From a virus (lineage: Duplodnaviria; Caudoviricetes), in the IMG/VR virus record IMGVR_UViG_3300025066_000039, positions 1-52,774 of that record: a DNA stretch of 52,774 nt. The stretch is one strand, 5' to 3'. The position numbers and the translations under genes are program-made. The notes under the pieces are model-generated. The model searched no databases and had not been told where the DNA came from. It worked only from the letters and a program-made list of their open reading frames with translations. Shown piece by piece: positions 17,939 through 27,906 of this stretch. Numbering within the stretch: position 1 is the first letter of the stretch; every line of letters begins with the position of its first letter.

Positions 17939-19765
17939 ATGGCAGATAATACAAATATACAATTAGGGACATTAGACTTTCTTTCCATTAAAGAAAGTCT
18001 TATCGATTATTTAAAAACTCAAGACACATTAAAAGATTATAATTATGCAGGGTCTGCAATACAAGTTTTACTTGATGTTCTAGCATACAATACCATGTAT
18101 TATGGTAGATATTCTAATATGATTGCTAATGAAATGTTTTTAGATTCTGCACAAAGAGTAGAATCGGTTATATCATTAGTAAAACCGTTAGGTTATGTTG
18201 TTCCGGGAAGAACTTCTTCCACTTCTAGAGTAAAAGTAAGACATGGCGATAATGCAATAATACCAAAATATACAAAATTTTCTGGATATAAAGAATCGGG
18301 AACGCCTTATACTTTTTATAGTGTTAATGACGCAGCGATTGACAACATGGAGAATGAAGTAATAATTAATATTTATGAGGCCGCTTCTTTAGTTTTAATG
18401 TCTCCACTCTTAGTAGATGTTAGTAATCAAAAATCATTTTTGTATGGACTTGATATTGATATATCAACTATAACAGTAGAAGTTTTAAATTTAGAAACTG
18501 ATGAATGGGATACTTGGACGAAAGTAGATAATATTCATTCTGGATTAGATGAAAATAGTAAAGTATATTGGTTGGAACGAAGTGAACTTGGTTTCTTTGT
18601 TGTTTTTGGTGGTAATGTTGGAAGTGAATCATTAGGCCCAATTCAACCTGCTAATCCTGATGCTTCAATTGGTGTAACGCAAATAGGAAAACAAATTACT
18701 GATAATGATTCTGTGCGAATTTCTTATCTTAGAAGTAGCGGAAGAGCCGGAAATGATGTTGGAAGTTGGTCCATACACGGATTTCCAGATGCAGAAGTAG
18801 AAAGCCTTTCAGATGGAACTGGATTATCTTCTGGTGGTACAGATGAACCAAATTTAGATATGATTAAATTTTTTGCCCCTAAATGGTTTGCAGCGCAAGA
18901 TAGAGCAGTTACAGCAGAAGATTGTAAAGCATTGTTGGCTGCAAATGGATTTGTAGGAACTGCAAGCAATCCATATGAAAAATTTAATGTGTGGGGTGGT
19001 GAAGAAGAAAATCCACCCATGTATGGTAGAGTTTTTGTATCAGTAAATGAAGAACAATCCGAAGATTTAATTGGTGCGGCCACTAATGCAATGAATATAC
19101 TAAAAGATAAAACTTGTGTTACTATTTTACCAGAATTTAAAAGCCCCGAATATGTTGTTGCAGTTATTGGGGGGGATATTCCATTTGAGGGTCTCGCAAC
19201 CAATCAATCCAGTAGTACAATTATGAACAAACTTATTTCTAACTTAACGACAAAATATTCTAAAAGTTTTAATAAATCATTTAGTATATTTAAAATATCA
19301 GAAGATATCAATAAAGTTGATGACTCTCTTTCGTGTTCTTCTTATGATTTAAATTTTAATATTGATGTAAAAACTATAATGGGCCATGACGAAAGTATAA
19401 GGCCCATTTTTCTTAATAGTAAATTATCTCATAGTTCATTTACCACTTCTGAATTTACAGTTGGTAGTAGATATGATAATGATAATTCTATTCCATCCAA
19501 TTTAAGACTAAAAATAAGAATAGACCAATGGATAGATAGTAAAACTTTAAGTCTCGAAGGTTGGTATATAAAAGATAATGGATTGCTATCTATAATTAAA
19601 AGTGTTGGCACATTTAAACCAGAAATAGGAGAAATAATCATACACAAAGGAGTTTCCAGTGAACCCTTTACTTGTAGAGTTTCTCCTTTGTCTTCTACTT
19701 TCGATGCAACTAGAAATATAGTTTCTGAGATTGATGTTAGTGAACTTAATTTGATTGGTGCATAA
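17939..19765 (+). CDS. gp6: Baseplate wedge subunit gp6
   Basis: LDFLSIKESL..DYNYAGSAIQVLLDVLAYNT..NEMFLDSA..AQDRAVTAED..VWGGEE. Confidence 0.95.
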   Translation: MADNTNIQLGTLDFLSIKESLIDYLKTQDTLKDYNYAGSAIQVLLDVLAYNTMYYGRYSNMIANEMFLDSAQRVESVISLVKPLGYVVPGRTSSTSRVKVRHGDNAIIPKYTKFSGYKESGTPYTFYSVNDAAIDNMENEVIINIYEAASLVLMSPLLVDVSNQKSFLYGLDIDISTITVEVLNLETDEWDTWTKVDNIHSGLDENSKVYWLERSELGFFVVFGGNVGSESLGPIQPANPDASIGVTQIGKQITDNDSVRISYLRSSGRAGNDVGSWSIHGFPDAEVESLSDGTGLSSGGTDEPNLDMIKFFAPKWFAAQDRAVTAEDCKALLAANGFVGTASNPYEKFNVWGGEEENPPMYGRVFVSVNEEQSEDLIGAATNAMNILKDKTCVTILPEFKSPEYVVAVIGGDIPFEGLATNQSSSTIMNKLISNLTTKYSKSFNKSFSIFKISEDINKVDDSLSCSSYDLNFNIDVKTIMGHDESIRPIFLNSKLSHSSFTTSEFTVGSRYDNDNSIPSNLRLKIRIDQWIDSKTLSLEGWYIKDNGLLSIIKSVGTFKPEIGEIIIHKGVSSEPFTCRVSPLSSTFDATRNIVSEIDVSELNLIGA

Positions 19766-19768
19766 CTT

Positions 19769-21115
19769 ATGGTTTTTATTGGCAATATTTTTATTCAAGA
19801 ACCCAGTCAGAATATAGATTATCGACTGTTGTTGTTGGGTGATAAAATAGATGCCAATGATAAATTAAAAAATAAAGTAGTAGAACAGCATATTGATATT
19901 CGTCATTTATTTCCTAGATGGATTTTACAAAAAACCAGATCGGACTTTCCAGATACTCATATAGTAAGATTTACACAAGCATATTATGATTGGTTGTATA
20001 ATTTAAGTGGATATAAATTATCAGTTGATAAAGAACATGATGCGGGATTACGAGAATTAGTTGACATTGGAACAACACCCGATACCTTTTTAAAACATTT
20101 TACATATACCTATGCGTCAGGATTTCCTGATGCATATATCGAGGTGGCGGATACAAGAAAATTTATTCAAAATATCCGTCAATCTTTATATCAGAAAAAA
20201 GGAACAGAAGAATCTTATGTTTATTTCTTTTCGGAGTTGTTTGGTGCCCATAAGACTCAGGTTCAATTTGCATATCCAAAAGAAAAGATTTTACGGTTAA
20301 ATGGTGGTAAATTTGGCGACTGGCAAGTAATAACAGATGCCGGGCAAACAGGGCATTATGGGGGTGCAGGGGAAGATAGTGCCGCTATATTACATCTTGG
20401 TGGGAGTTATCTTAACGGCGATTTTAGAATTCAAGATAGTTATTGGTATCAAGAATATTCATATCTTGTTAAAGCAAATATAGAAGAAACAGATGAAAAT
20501 GGATTGCCCATATATGCAGAAATGTTAAAAGAGGTTTTGCATCCTGCTGGAATGAAGGGGTTCTGGGAAAAGACTGGATTGGATTATGTGCCTCCCGGTG
20601 ATTTTGATGGTGGATTTTATTTTTGTGAATCTCCCAGATTGGATAATTATTTCCCATATAGGATTAATGCAACGGGTTCGATTGGATATTGTGCGGGTTG
20701 TTCTGGAAGTGGTCACATATATGATGGGCCGACTGCCATGGGTACACCCACATCTAGTTTAGGTGGATTAATCGGATGGACATCTGGAAGTGCATGGAGC
20801 GGAATAGGACCTGGTGGAATTTGTATTGCAGGTTCTTATAATTCTCACCACCCAGATGGTTCTGTTGCTGGTGCAACATGGGGCGATGCATGGGGTGGAA
20901 TTACTCTTTCGGGAGAAGGAAGGGGAGAAACTTTTGGAGCGCCTACACATTTCTATCCAGATTGGCCAGACGGAATTACGGGAGAAGTTGATGCGTTTGG
21001 AATTCCTATAAGTGCATCAATCGGAAGCATATATATAGGAGAGTTCATCAGACTATGCCCTATGATAAATAGTCCGAATTTAGGTTTAACTGGATGTACT
21101 GCTTCAACATGTTAA
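19769..21115 (+). CDS. gp7: Baseplate wedge protein gp7-like (compact)
   Basis: FTQAYYDWL..FIQNIRQSLYQKKGTEES..IQDSYWYQEYSY..HPAGMKGF; follows gp6. Confidence 0.75.
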   Translation: MVFIGNIFIQEPSQNIDYRLLLLGDKIDANDKLKNKVVEQHIDIRHLFPRWILQKTRSDFPDTHIVRFTQAYYDWLYNLSGYKLSVDKEHDAGLRELVDIGTTPDTFLKHFTYTYASGFPDAYIEVADTRKFIQNIRQSLYQKKGTEESYVYFFSELFGAHKTQVQFAYPKEKILRLNGGKFGDWQVITDAGQTGHYGGAGEDSAAILHLGGSYLNGDFRIQDSYWYQEYSYLVKANIEETDENGLPIYAEMLKEVLHPAGMKGFWEKTGLDYVPPGDFDGGFYFCESPRLDNYFPYRINATGSIGYCAGCSGSGHIYDGPTAMGTPTSSLGGLIGWTSGSAWSGIGPGGICIAGSYNSHHPDGSVAGATWGDAWGGITLSGEGRGETFGAPTHFYPDWPDGITGEVDAFGIPISASIGSIYIGEFIRLCPMINSPNLGLTGCTASTC

Positions 21116-21128
21116 TAAAAGGAATTAT

Positions 21129-23093
21129 ATGGTAGATATAAGTAAATCAAATAAAGCGCCGATGTTTAAAACATCTACGGTTGCAACCATAAATGAATTA
21201 AAAAGAATGGCATCAAATGAAGGATTGGCATTTATATTATCTAATAACGATGCACCCCCAGAAATGACAGCACCGTATACAAATTCAGATCATGCATATA
21301 CCAATTTCATAAACAGTTTAGGGTGGGCAGAATCGATTAATGCATCTGATATCCGAACAGTGGCTAAAGTAACGGGTGAAAAGTTTTTAAAAACAAGTAC
21401 ATATCCTGGATTTTATGTTGCGGGCGATAGACCAGCATTAAATGAAGTTAATCGTTCATGTTTTTTGGATTATGGTGGAACGCAATGGGTTGTGATGGGA
21501 AATTGGGGCCCAAATGCTATGGGTCGAGAACATCTTTATAGTGCTATTAACTTTAAAAATGGCCTCCCCAATTCAATGGAACAGGGGTGGCAAACAGCCG
21601 CCGATGGATGGGTTATGGCACCTGTAGCAAAGGCACACGAAGGCACTGATGATTTATCGAAGAATTACATGCATGTGTCTACTGTGGATGACGCATACGA
21701 TTCTTACTATGAATTAAAATATGAAAATCAAAAAAATCAAGCAATAAGAAAATGTGGTGCAGGGAAAGAAAATTGGTGTGGGACTTGTTGCTTATATTAT
21801 AAAGAAAATCACTACGATTCTGTTGCAGGTGTTCTACGCGACGCTGGTGATTTATATAAATGTAGTCATGGAAAATGTTATCATTGTCTTGAAATTGCAA
21901 AAGCATTAGATATGGATTATGTGTTTAATACTTGGAAAGGTGGTCCGAATGGACTCACTGGTGACGAATGTTTATCATGTAGCGAAGAAGATATGAGCGC
22001 ATCCAAATGTGGTCCATGTTCTTGCAAAATTGAAGTAAAAGAAAAATATGATAGAATATTAGAAGATCCTCATCTTCCAGAAAGAGGAATTGCAAAACAA
22101 AATGCTTATATCGCTAAAGAATGGGCTCAAAATTTAAAGGGTTCTTCTTTCTGTTCATTGCGTGGTTCTTTTGAATCTCTGGCTCCAGATAAAAAATTAA
22201 TATCAGAAGCATTTTGGGGTGCTGACAAATCGTTTGAATTGCCTGGAATTTTATTAAATCCAGAATCCAAACCAACAGTTGTTGAACTTGTAACACAAGG
22301 AAACAAAGGTAGCGAAGAAATTATTGGCCTTAGAATAATACAAGTAGGACAATATATGGATGTTGCAACAGTTCCTATTGATTATATTAAGAAGATTTGG
22401 CCAAATGCAGATGAAGAATATTTTAGAGTTACGACAATTGGGGATGCACATAAAAACATAGAACTTATCACTGGACCAGTGTTGCCCATGATGAAGAAAA
22501 GAATAATGTTTAAAGACATTTATGAAGAAACCGACATTTCAAAATTTGATAGTTATGGTATTGCAGTTTTAAAAGATATTAATGGAATGGCCTTTTTTCC
22601 AAGTTCTACCGCGAGTAAGCAAACTGCAAGATTAACATATAGAAATATAATGTCTACTACAAGTTCATCGAGTGATAGTGGAGCAAAGAAAACATTCAGT
22701 AAGTCGTCTGAATCATCAAAGTCTACAATGAATTCTTCAACAGCATCACAATCAACATCGACTGGTTCTAGTTTAAGTGCAGTAAAAGTAGCAAATGTAA
22801 AAACTCTGAGTGATGCATCCACAAGAAGAGTAGAACTATATGTTGGAAATGACGCGTCGAACTCAACTGCAATAATAACAGATAGCAATGGGGATAAATG
22901 GACAACAACATCAAGCGAATTGCCGACCAGCAAAATTACAGGAGCAATCCTTTCGCCTAAAAATACACAAGTTATATTAACAAATAATAAAACTATAAAT
23001 GTTCCGACAAGCGTTTCAAAAGTAGTAGATAATCAAGTTCTTTCATCAGCAAGTATGGATATTGAAATGGTGATTGGACAATCAGAAGGATAA
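21129..23093 (+). CDS. Divergent gp8-like baseplate wedge protein with Cys-rich insert
   Basis: Mainly synteny (after gp7, before DUF4815-like); weak sequence resemblance (TAADGWVM, SKFDSYGIA). Confidence 0.5.
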   Translation: MVDISKSNKAPMFKTSTVATINELKRMASNEGLAFILSNNDAPPEMTAPYTNSDHAYTNFINSLGWAESINASDIRTVAKVTGEKFLKTSTYPGFYVAGDRPALNEVNRSCFLDYGGTQWVVMGNWGPNAMGREHLYSAINFKNGLPNSMEQGWQTAADGWVMAPVAKAHEGTDDLSKNYMHVSTVDDAYDSYYELKYENQKNQAIRKCGAGKENWCGTCCLYYKENHYDSVAGVLRDAGDLYKCSHGKCYHCLEIAKALDMDYVFNTWKGGPNGLTGDECLSCSEEDMSASKCGPCSCKIEVKEKYDRILEDPHLPERGIAKQNAYIAKEWAQNLKGSSFCSLRGSFESLAPDKKLISEAFWGADKSFELPGILLNPESKPTVVELVTQGNKGSEEIIGLRIIQVGQYMDVATVPIDYIKKIWPNADEEYFRVTTIGDAHKNIELITGPVLPMMKKRIMFKDIYEETDISKFDSYGIAVLKDINGMAFFPSSTASKQTARLTYRNIMSTTSSSSDSGAKKTFSKSSESSKSTMNSSTASQSTSTGSSLSAVKVANVKTLSDASTRRVELYVGNDASNSTAIITDSNGDKWTTTSSELPTSKITGAILSPKNTQVILTNNKTINVPTSVSKVVDNQVLSSASMDIEMVIGQSEG

Positions 23094-23099
23094 ATATAA

Positions 23100-24107
23100 A
23101 TGGCAAGAAATATAGAACCATTAAAGGCTAGAGGATATGGAAATAACCCATCGTTTCCTTTAACACCAAGCCCGTTTAATAGTAGGGTAGAAAGTGAACT
23201 TTCATTTGCAGGCGGGGGTGGAGCAAATTCGCCCAAAAATTATCAATTTGTTGCATACAGACCAGGGTTTCCACTACAAGCATCAGAGTTGAATGAAATT
23301 CAAGAACATTTTCAAATGCAAATGACTTTAAATTTAAATATGATGAACAGTTGGATTACCTCTGGTGCGGGTCCAATGTGGTCCGGATTTGATGAAAACA
23401 TACCCGGCGATGGTGTCGCATTCGATGCTGACTTTGATGCATCAATTCCAAACACGGGATTGGGCGTGGGTGGTGGTAGTGTTGGTGATGTTGTAGATCA
23501 TAATAAGCAGTATGCAATTTCTGGACCTGGATGGAGAGGTTCAACACCATTATGGCCTTTTAATTGTCCTTATGTTCCGACTGATAATTCTGGCTTTGGG
23601 GGAAAACTTGTAGAGGCTAATATAACTTTTGGTTCATTAACCATTCAATTTTATTCTGGGTGGTATTTGGTTGATTTACCTCAAATCAACCCCGATACAA
23701 GTGATGCATCGTTTATAAGTGGATTAAAACATTGGGTGTATTTAGATACCAGTTTTCCAGATGCAACACCTGATCCACAATATTCGGTTTCGCTAGATTT
23801 AACACAGTATAACGAAACCGATATTTGGATTCCTATTGGACTTAATATTTCGACTGGATATGTTGATTGTAACTGTACAGATAATAATACCTGTGATGAA
23901 AATCTTGGAGATAATGCCGCCGGCTATTCTAACAGTGTTGCTTGCGGAGCAAGTAGATACATGGTGAATATTGAGGGTGCAGGAGTAGGTGTGCCAAACC
24001 CGCTACAGCCCGAGCATTATAATAAACTTTCTTTGGTTTGTAAGGTTAATCCGTACAGCAAAACTGTGAGATATATGAATAATATAATTCTCTACAAAGG
24101 GTCCTGA
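23100..24107 (+). CDS. DUF4815/VrlC-like virion protein (N-terminal motif only)
   Basis: NYQFVAYRPGFPLQASELNEIQ matches the F.PG..VQARELT..Q motif; preceded by GATAAATA (23089-23096). Confidence 0.65.
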   Translation: MARNIEPLKARGYGNNPSFPLTPSPFNSRVESELSFAGGGGANSPKNYQFVAYRPGFPLQASELNEIQEHFQMQMTLNLNMMNSWITSGAGPMWSGFDENIPGDGVAFDADFDASIPNTGLGVGGGSVGDVVDHNKQYAISGPGWRGSTPLWPFNCPYVPTDNSGFGGKLVEANITFGSLTIQFYSGWYLVDLPQINPDTSDASFISGLKHWVYLDTSFPDATPDPQYSVSLDLTQYNETDIWIPIGLNISTGYVDCNCTDNNTCDENLGDNAAGYSNSVACGASRYMVNIEGAGVGVPNPLQPEHYNKLSLVCKVNPYSKTVRYMNNIILYKGS

Positions 24108-24118
24108 CAAATAATTAA

Positions 24119-24126
24119 CATAAATA
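24119..24126 (+). promoter_or_regulatory. Late promoter variant CATAAATA
   Basis: Intergenic, upstream of the fibre genes. Confidence 0.55.
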
Positions 24127-24145
24127 ACATATAGAGATAACAAAT

Positions 24146-26518
24146 ATGGCTTTAGTAGACGATAACAAATATAACATACCATACATTACTGGCGACACAA
24201 CCTTTGCGGATTGGGTTAGTCATTATAACACTAGCGCTGTCAACAAACTTAATTTGCTTGAGATATTCAACGGTGCTTCTGGTGATGGTATTGTGTTTAC
24301 TCTTGGAACTACTGCGTCTAATGATCCCGTTGGAGGTATTACATCTGGTCCAGATTTACCATCGGGGACATTTAGGTGTGATATCGCAGAAACTGTTGCA
24401 AGAGGTGTTACCTTTCAGGGTGATGTTTCTATCGATGGTGTATTAAATTATGATTTAACTAGTTTAGAAAATCCTAGTCTCAACATTAGAATAAATTCGG
24501 AGCATGGATATACAGGAACAAAAGGATTCACTTTTGGGCAACCAATTCGTGTTGCAAAGGCAAATGCCGCGGGCGAAGAAGGGTGTACAGGAGATGCAAC
24601 ATATTATCTTGGAAAGGCAGATAGTGCCAATAATGCAGAAGTTATGGGTGTGGTATCTGGAGTTACTTGGCCATCAGATGGAACAGCATATAGCAATTCA
24701 AACACATATATTGAAGTAACTGTTGCGGGTAAAATTAAAGGTGACTTTAGTGATACACTTGCACCATATGCGTACACAAATAGGCCAAACGGTGGACTTA
24801 GTGCAGGGGTTGTTTACTTCTTGAGTCCTGGGTTCAGTGGTGGTATCACTCCTGAAGAACCAGGCATCGCAGGGCAAGTGTCCAAACCTATGATTTTGGG
24901 AATTACCGCAGATGAGGGTATTGTTTTAAATTATCGTGGGCAGTTCCTAAAAGGAAGTGGGACAGGTGGTACAGGTGGTATCAATGATAATAGATTTATG
25001 GTTTCCACTACAAATGCAGACCTTGTAAGAGGTGTTGTCGCAGGATACACGAATGATGGTGATTGGGTTAAAGTTTCTAATACTGAAGACGACCGACCAG
25101 TTTCAAATGCAGTAGGATTGGTAGTTGATAGATTTACATTAGATAGTATTGACTATGTAGAAATTGTATCTACTGGTCATATGAGTGATATGCCTGTTGA
25201 TGATGGTTCAGTTGGACTTTTATATGTAGATTCAAATGGACAATTAACATCTAATTCTGTTGGTGCCCCTGCCAAACCATTCGCGGTTGCATGGCCTGAT
25301 AGTGCAGGGAGTGGTGTTAGACGGGGTGTAATTATAAATCAAACTGCTGGTGGGGGTTCTAGTACTGCTGAGAGTACTAGGTCTGGTGGAGGTGGAAACC
25401 CAAATGGAAATTGGGCATATAATTCAAGTTCGTTGGGTGGTACTACTTATGGTAGTGCAATCAATAATAATATGTTAATCAATGGTGGATTCGATATTTG
25501 GCAAAGATCAATCGGAAAAGATTCGGCTTGGACTGCAAAAGATACAACATATTTTGCAGATAGGTGGGTAAGAATACATGGTGTTTCGGGCGGTGCTGGA
25601 ACAATTTCTAGTGCATCATTGCAAAGACAAGAATTTGTTGCGAACCAGACTCAAGTATTTGGAAATCCAAAATATTATCTTGCATCTAATCATGTCATGG
25701 CAGGTACTGGTGGCCATCATGGAGATTTCATCCATATTGAAAATCGAATAGAAGATTCTAGAATCGCAAGAGGACAAGATGTAACATTATCTTTTAATGC
25801 CAAGAGTGGTATAACTGGTGCTACTATGGGTGTTGTTTTAACACAAATGGATGGAACAAATAGAAATACAACAACAGTTGCAAATGCATCTCTTGGTAGT
25901 AGGTGGGGCAAATATGAGATTGCATTTAATATTCCAGAGCAAACAGCAATTCCAACAGGGAGTAAGCACTACTTATCAGTTGGATTTGATGTTACAAAAT
26001 TAAATACAACTTTCGATTTAGCAAAAGTTAAACTTGAACGGGGATTGGTTGCAACAACTAATGCAGAAGCAGACGTAGATGAAGAATTGAAAAAATGTAG
26101 CAGATTTTATCAAAGAAGTTATAATATCGATGAAAACACACATAGTGTAACGATGCTGGATAACAATAATCCGACAATTAGTGTTATTGATTTTACAACC
26201 ACTCCAATGAAAGATTTATATTTTAAATATCCTGTGCGAATGAGAGCAAACCCGACTATTACTTTCTACTCGCCAAAAACAGGATCAACTGGGGATGCAT
26301 ACAACAGAACAGCAGAAAAAGATATAAGATATGTGTCTGGAACAGTTTCTCAACACGGAACACGCGTTGCACCTGCTGGAGATGAAACCATTCTTGCAGA
26401 ACACTACACAACTGACGGAATGTATATTGTTGTTCCTAACGGCACAGTTCTTTGGGATCAAATTTCAGCACACTATGTTGCAGATGCAGAATTAGACACA
26501 GATGGTACGGTTCTATAA
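24146..26518 (+). CDS. Tail fibre/appendage protein with C-terminal carbohydrate-binding-like jelly-roll
   Basis: N-terminal TTFADWVSHYN anchor; repeated KAD..AEVMGVV/VYFLS domains; NMLINGGFDIWQR..ADRW..VKLERG..EL..CSRFYQ. Confidence 0.7.
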   Translation: MALVDDNKYNIPYITGDTTFADWVSHYNTSAVNKLNLLEIFNGASGDGIVFTLGTTASNDPVGGITSGPDLPSGTFRCDIAETVARGVTFQGDVSIDGVLNYDLTSLENPSLNIRINSEHGYTGTKGFTFGQPIRVAKANAAGEEGCTGDATYYLGKADSANNAEVMGVVSGVTWPSDGTAYSNSNTYIEVTVAGKIKGDFSDTLAPYAYTNRPNGGLSAGVVYFLSPGFSGGITPEEPGIAGQVSKPMILGITADEGIVLNYRGQFLKGSGTGGTGGINDNRFMVSTTNADLVRGVVAGYTNDGDWVKVSNTEDDRPVSNAVGLVVDRFTLDSIDYVEIVSTGHMSDMPVDDGSVGLLYVDSNGQLTSNSVGAPAKPFAVAWPDSAGSGVRRGVIINQTAGGGSSTAESTRSGGGGNPNGNWAYNSSSLGGTTYGSAINNNMLINGGFDIWQRSIGKDSAWTAKDTTYFADRWVRIHGVSGGAGTISSASLQRQEFVANQTQVFGNPKYYLASNHVMAGTGGHHGDFIHIENRIEDSRIARGQDVTLSFNAKSGITGATMGVVLTQMDGTNRNTTTVANASLGSRWGKYEIAFNIPEQTAIPTGSKHYLSVGFDVTKLNTTFDLAKVKLERGLVATTNAEADVDEELKKCSRFYQRSYNIDENTHSVTMLDNNNPTISVIDFTTTPMKDLYFKYPVRMRANPTITFYSPKTGSTGDAYNRTAEKDIRYVSGTVSQHGTRVAPAGDETILAEHYTTDGMYIVVPNGTVLWDQISAHYVADAELDTDGTVL

Positions 26519-26530
26519 CGGAGATGATTA

Positions 26531-27892
26531 ATGGCAAGTTGTAATACAAATAGTTCTAATCTTTTAGGAAATCTTAATATCAATAGTATCACAAGCAGTG
26601 GTGCTAGATTACTTATGACTCATCCATTATCTGGATTTTCTGGTGGTATTATTTCTGGCCTCCCCGGCGATGACGGCGTTACAGCGGGGGATGCAATCAG
26701 ATATGATAATGATATAAACAGTACAAGTTATCAAAAGTATGTTAAAGCACAAGCAAATACTCCTGCAAATTGTGAAGTTATAGGAATTGTTGAAAGTGTA
26801 ACTCCTGTGAATCCAAGTGACCCAACAACGGGAGTGGTCACAGTCATAATACAGGGGCAAATAAATTATCCGGCAACAAAATTAGTAAATGCAACACATA
26901 TTGATGCTGAGGCAGGCCTGTTGGGTGCTGCCGGTGGTCAAGATGTATATTTCTTGAGTGCGGCAACTGCTGGTGTGCTTCAAAATTTAGCACCCATCGA
27001 ACCAACTCAAGTCATAAAACCAATTTATCAAGTTGCTCCAGATTCTCCATGGACCGGTCAAGTTGTAAATTATATTGGATATCAAGCTGGTGGTTCAATT
27101 ACGGGCGAAGATACACATTCAACGCCTTCAGGTTCTATTATTGATGTAGTGGATTGGATGGGTTCGGGACTGGATGGGACCGATACGGGGCCCAACGAAT
27201 CCCCAGTGAGTGCAGGATGGCGAAAATTAGATGGTAGTACTTTAAATCTTCTGGCATCAAAAGGAGAAACATACGGACATACTTACAATATAATTAAAAA
27301 TTATTGTCAGACTACAACAAAAATTACTTGTGAAAATACTCCATCAACGAGTCTTGTTGGTAAACAGTGTTTTGTTCGTGATAATGGAAGAAAAGTTCTT
27401 TTTAATGCAAGAGTAGTAGATTCGAGTGTTGCTAATAAAACTATTACTGTTAAATGGGATAGTACGAATTCTAAATTATTAGACCAATATCTTGTTCCAG
27501 ATGCAATTCTTGAAGTAACTAATGGTGCAAGATTTAAAATTGCTGGTGTTGAAAAGACAAGTTGTACGATTCCTGTTGCATCTTCAACAACATCGCTTAA
27601 AATAAGAGTTGATAATAAAGATCATCTTGTAACAAAAGATATTTGGATGTATTTGCCACAAGATAATTCACCTGGTGATGATACATCACGACAAAACTTT
27701 GTAGTTCAGATACCTAGTAATGTAACAATCAAAGAAGCAACTATTGAAAAACTTACATTGGAAGACAGTACTGCAACAATAACTGTATTGGATTCATTGA
27801 AGAATCTTCAAAGTGCATCGGAAGTGTATGCAACAAAACTTGAAGGTACAGGCAATACAACAAGTACAAACACTGCACAAATAAACAAGTAA
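26531..27892 (+). CDS. Tail fibre-associated protein with tail-collar-like motif
   Basis: Shares the KAQA..EVIGIV..VYFLS..KPI domain with the upstream gene; PSGSII...AGWRKLDGS collar-like motif. Confidence 0.6.
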   Translation: MASCNTNSSNLLGNLNINSITSSGARLLMTHPLSGFSGGIISGLPGDDGVTAGDAIRYDNDINSTSYQKYVKAQANTPANCEVIGIVESVTPVNPSDPTTGVVTVIIQGQINYPATKLVNATHIDAEAGLLGAAGGQDVYFLSAATAGVLQNLAPIEPTQVIKPIYQVAPDSPWTGQVVNYIGYQAGGSITGEDTHSTPSGSIIDVVDWMGSGLDGTDTGPNESPVSAGWRKLDGSTLNLLASKGETYGHTYNIIKNYCQTTTKITCENTPSTSLVGKQCFVRDNGRKVLFNARVVDSSVANKTITVKWDSTNSKLLDQYLVPDAILEVTNGARFKIAGVEKTSCTIPVASSTTSLKIRVDNKDHLVTKDIWMYLPQDNSPGDDTSRQNFVVQIPSNVTIKEATIEKLTLEDSTATITVLDSLKNLQSASEVYATKLEGTGNTTSTNTAQINK

Positions 27893-27906
27893 GGTGATAA
27901 ACATTT

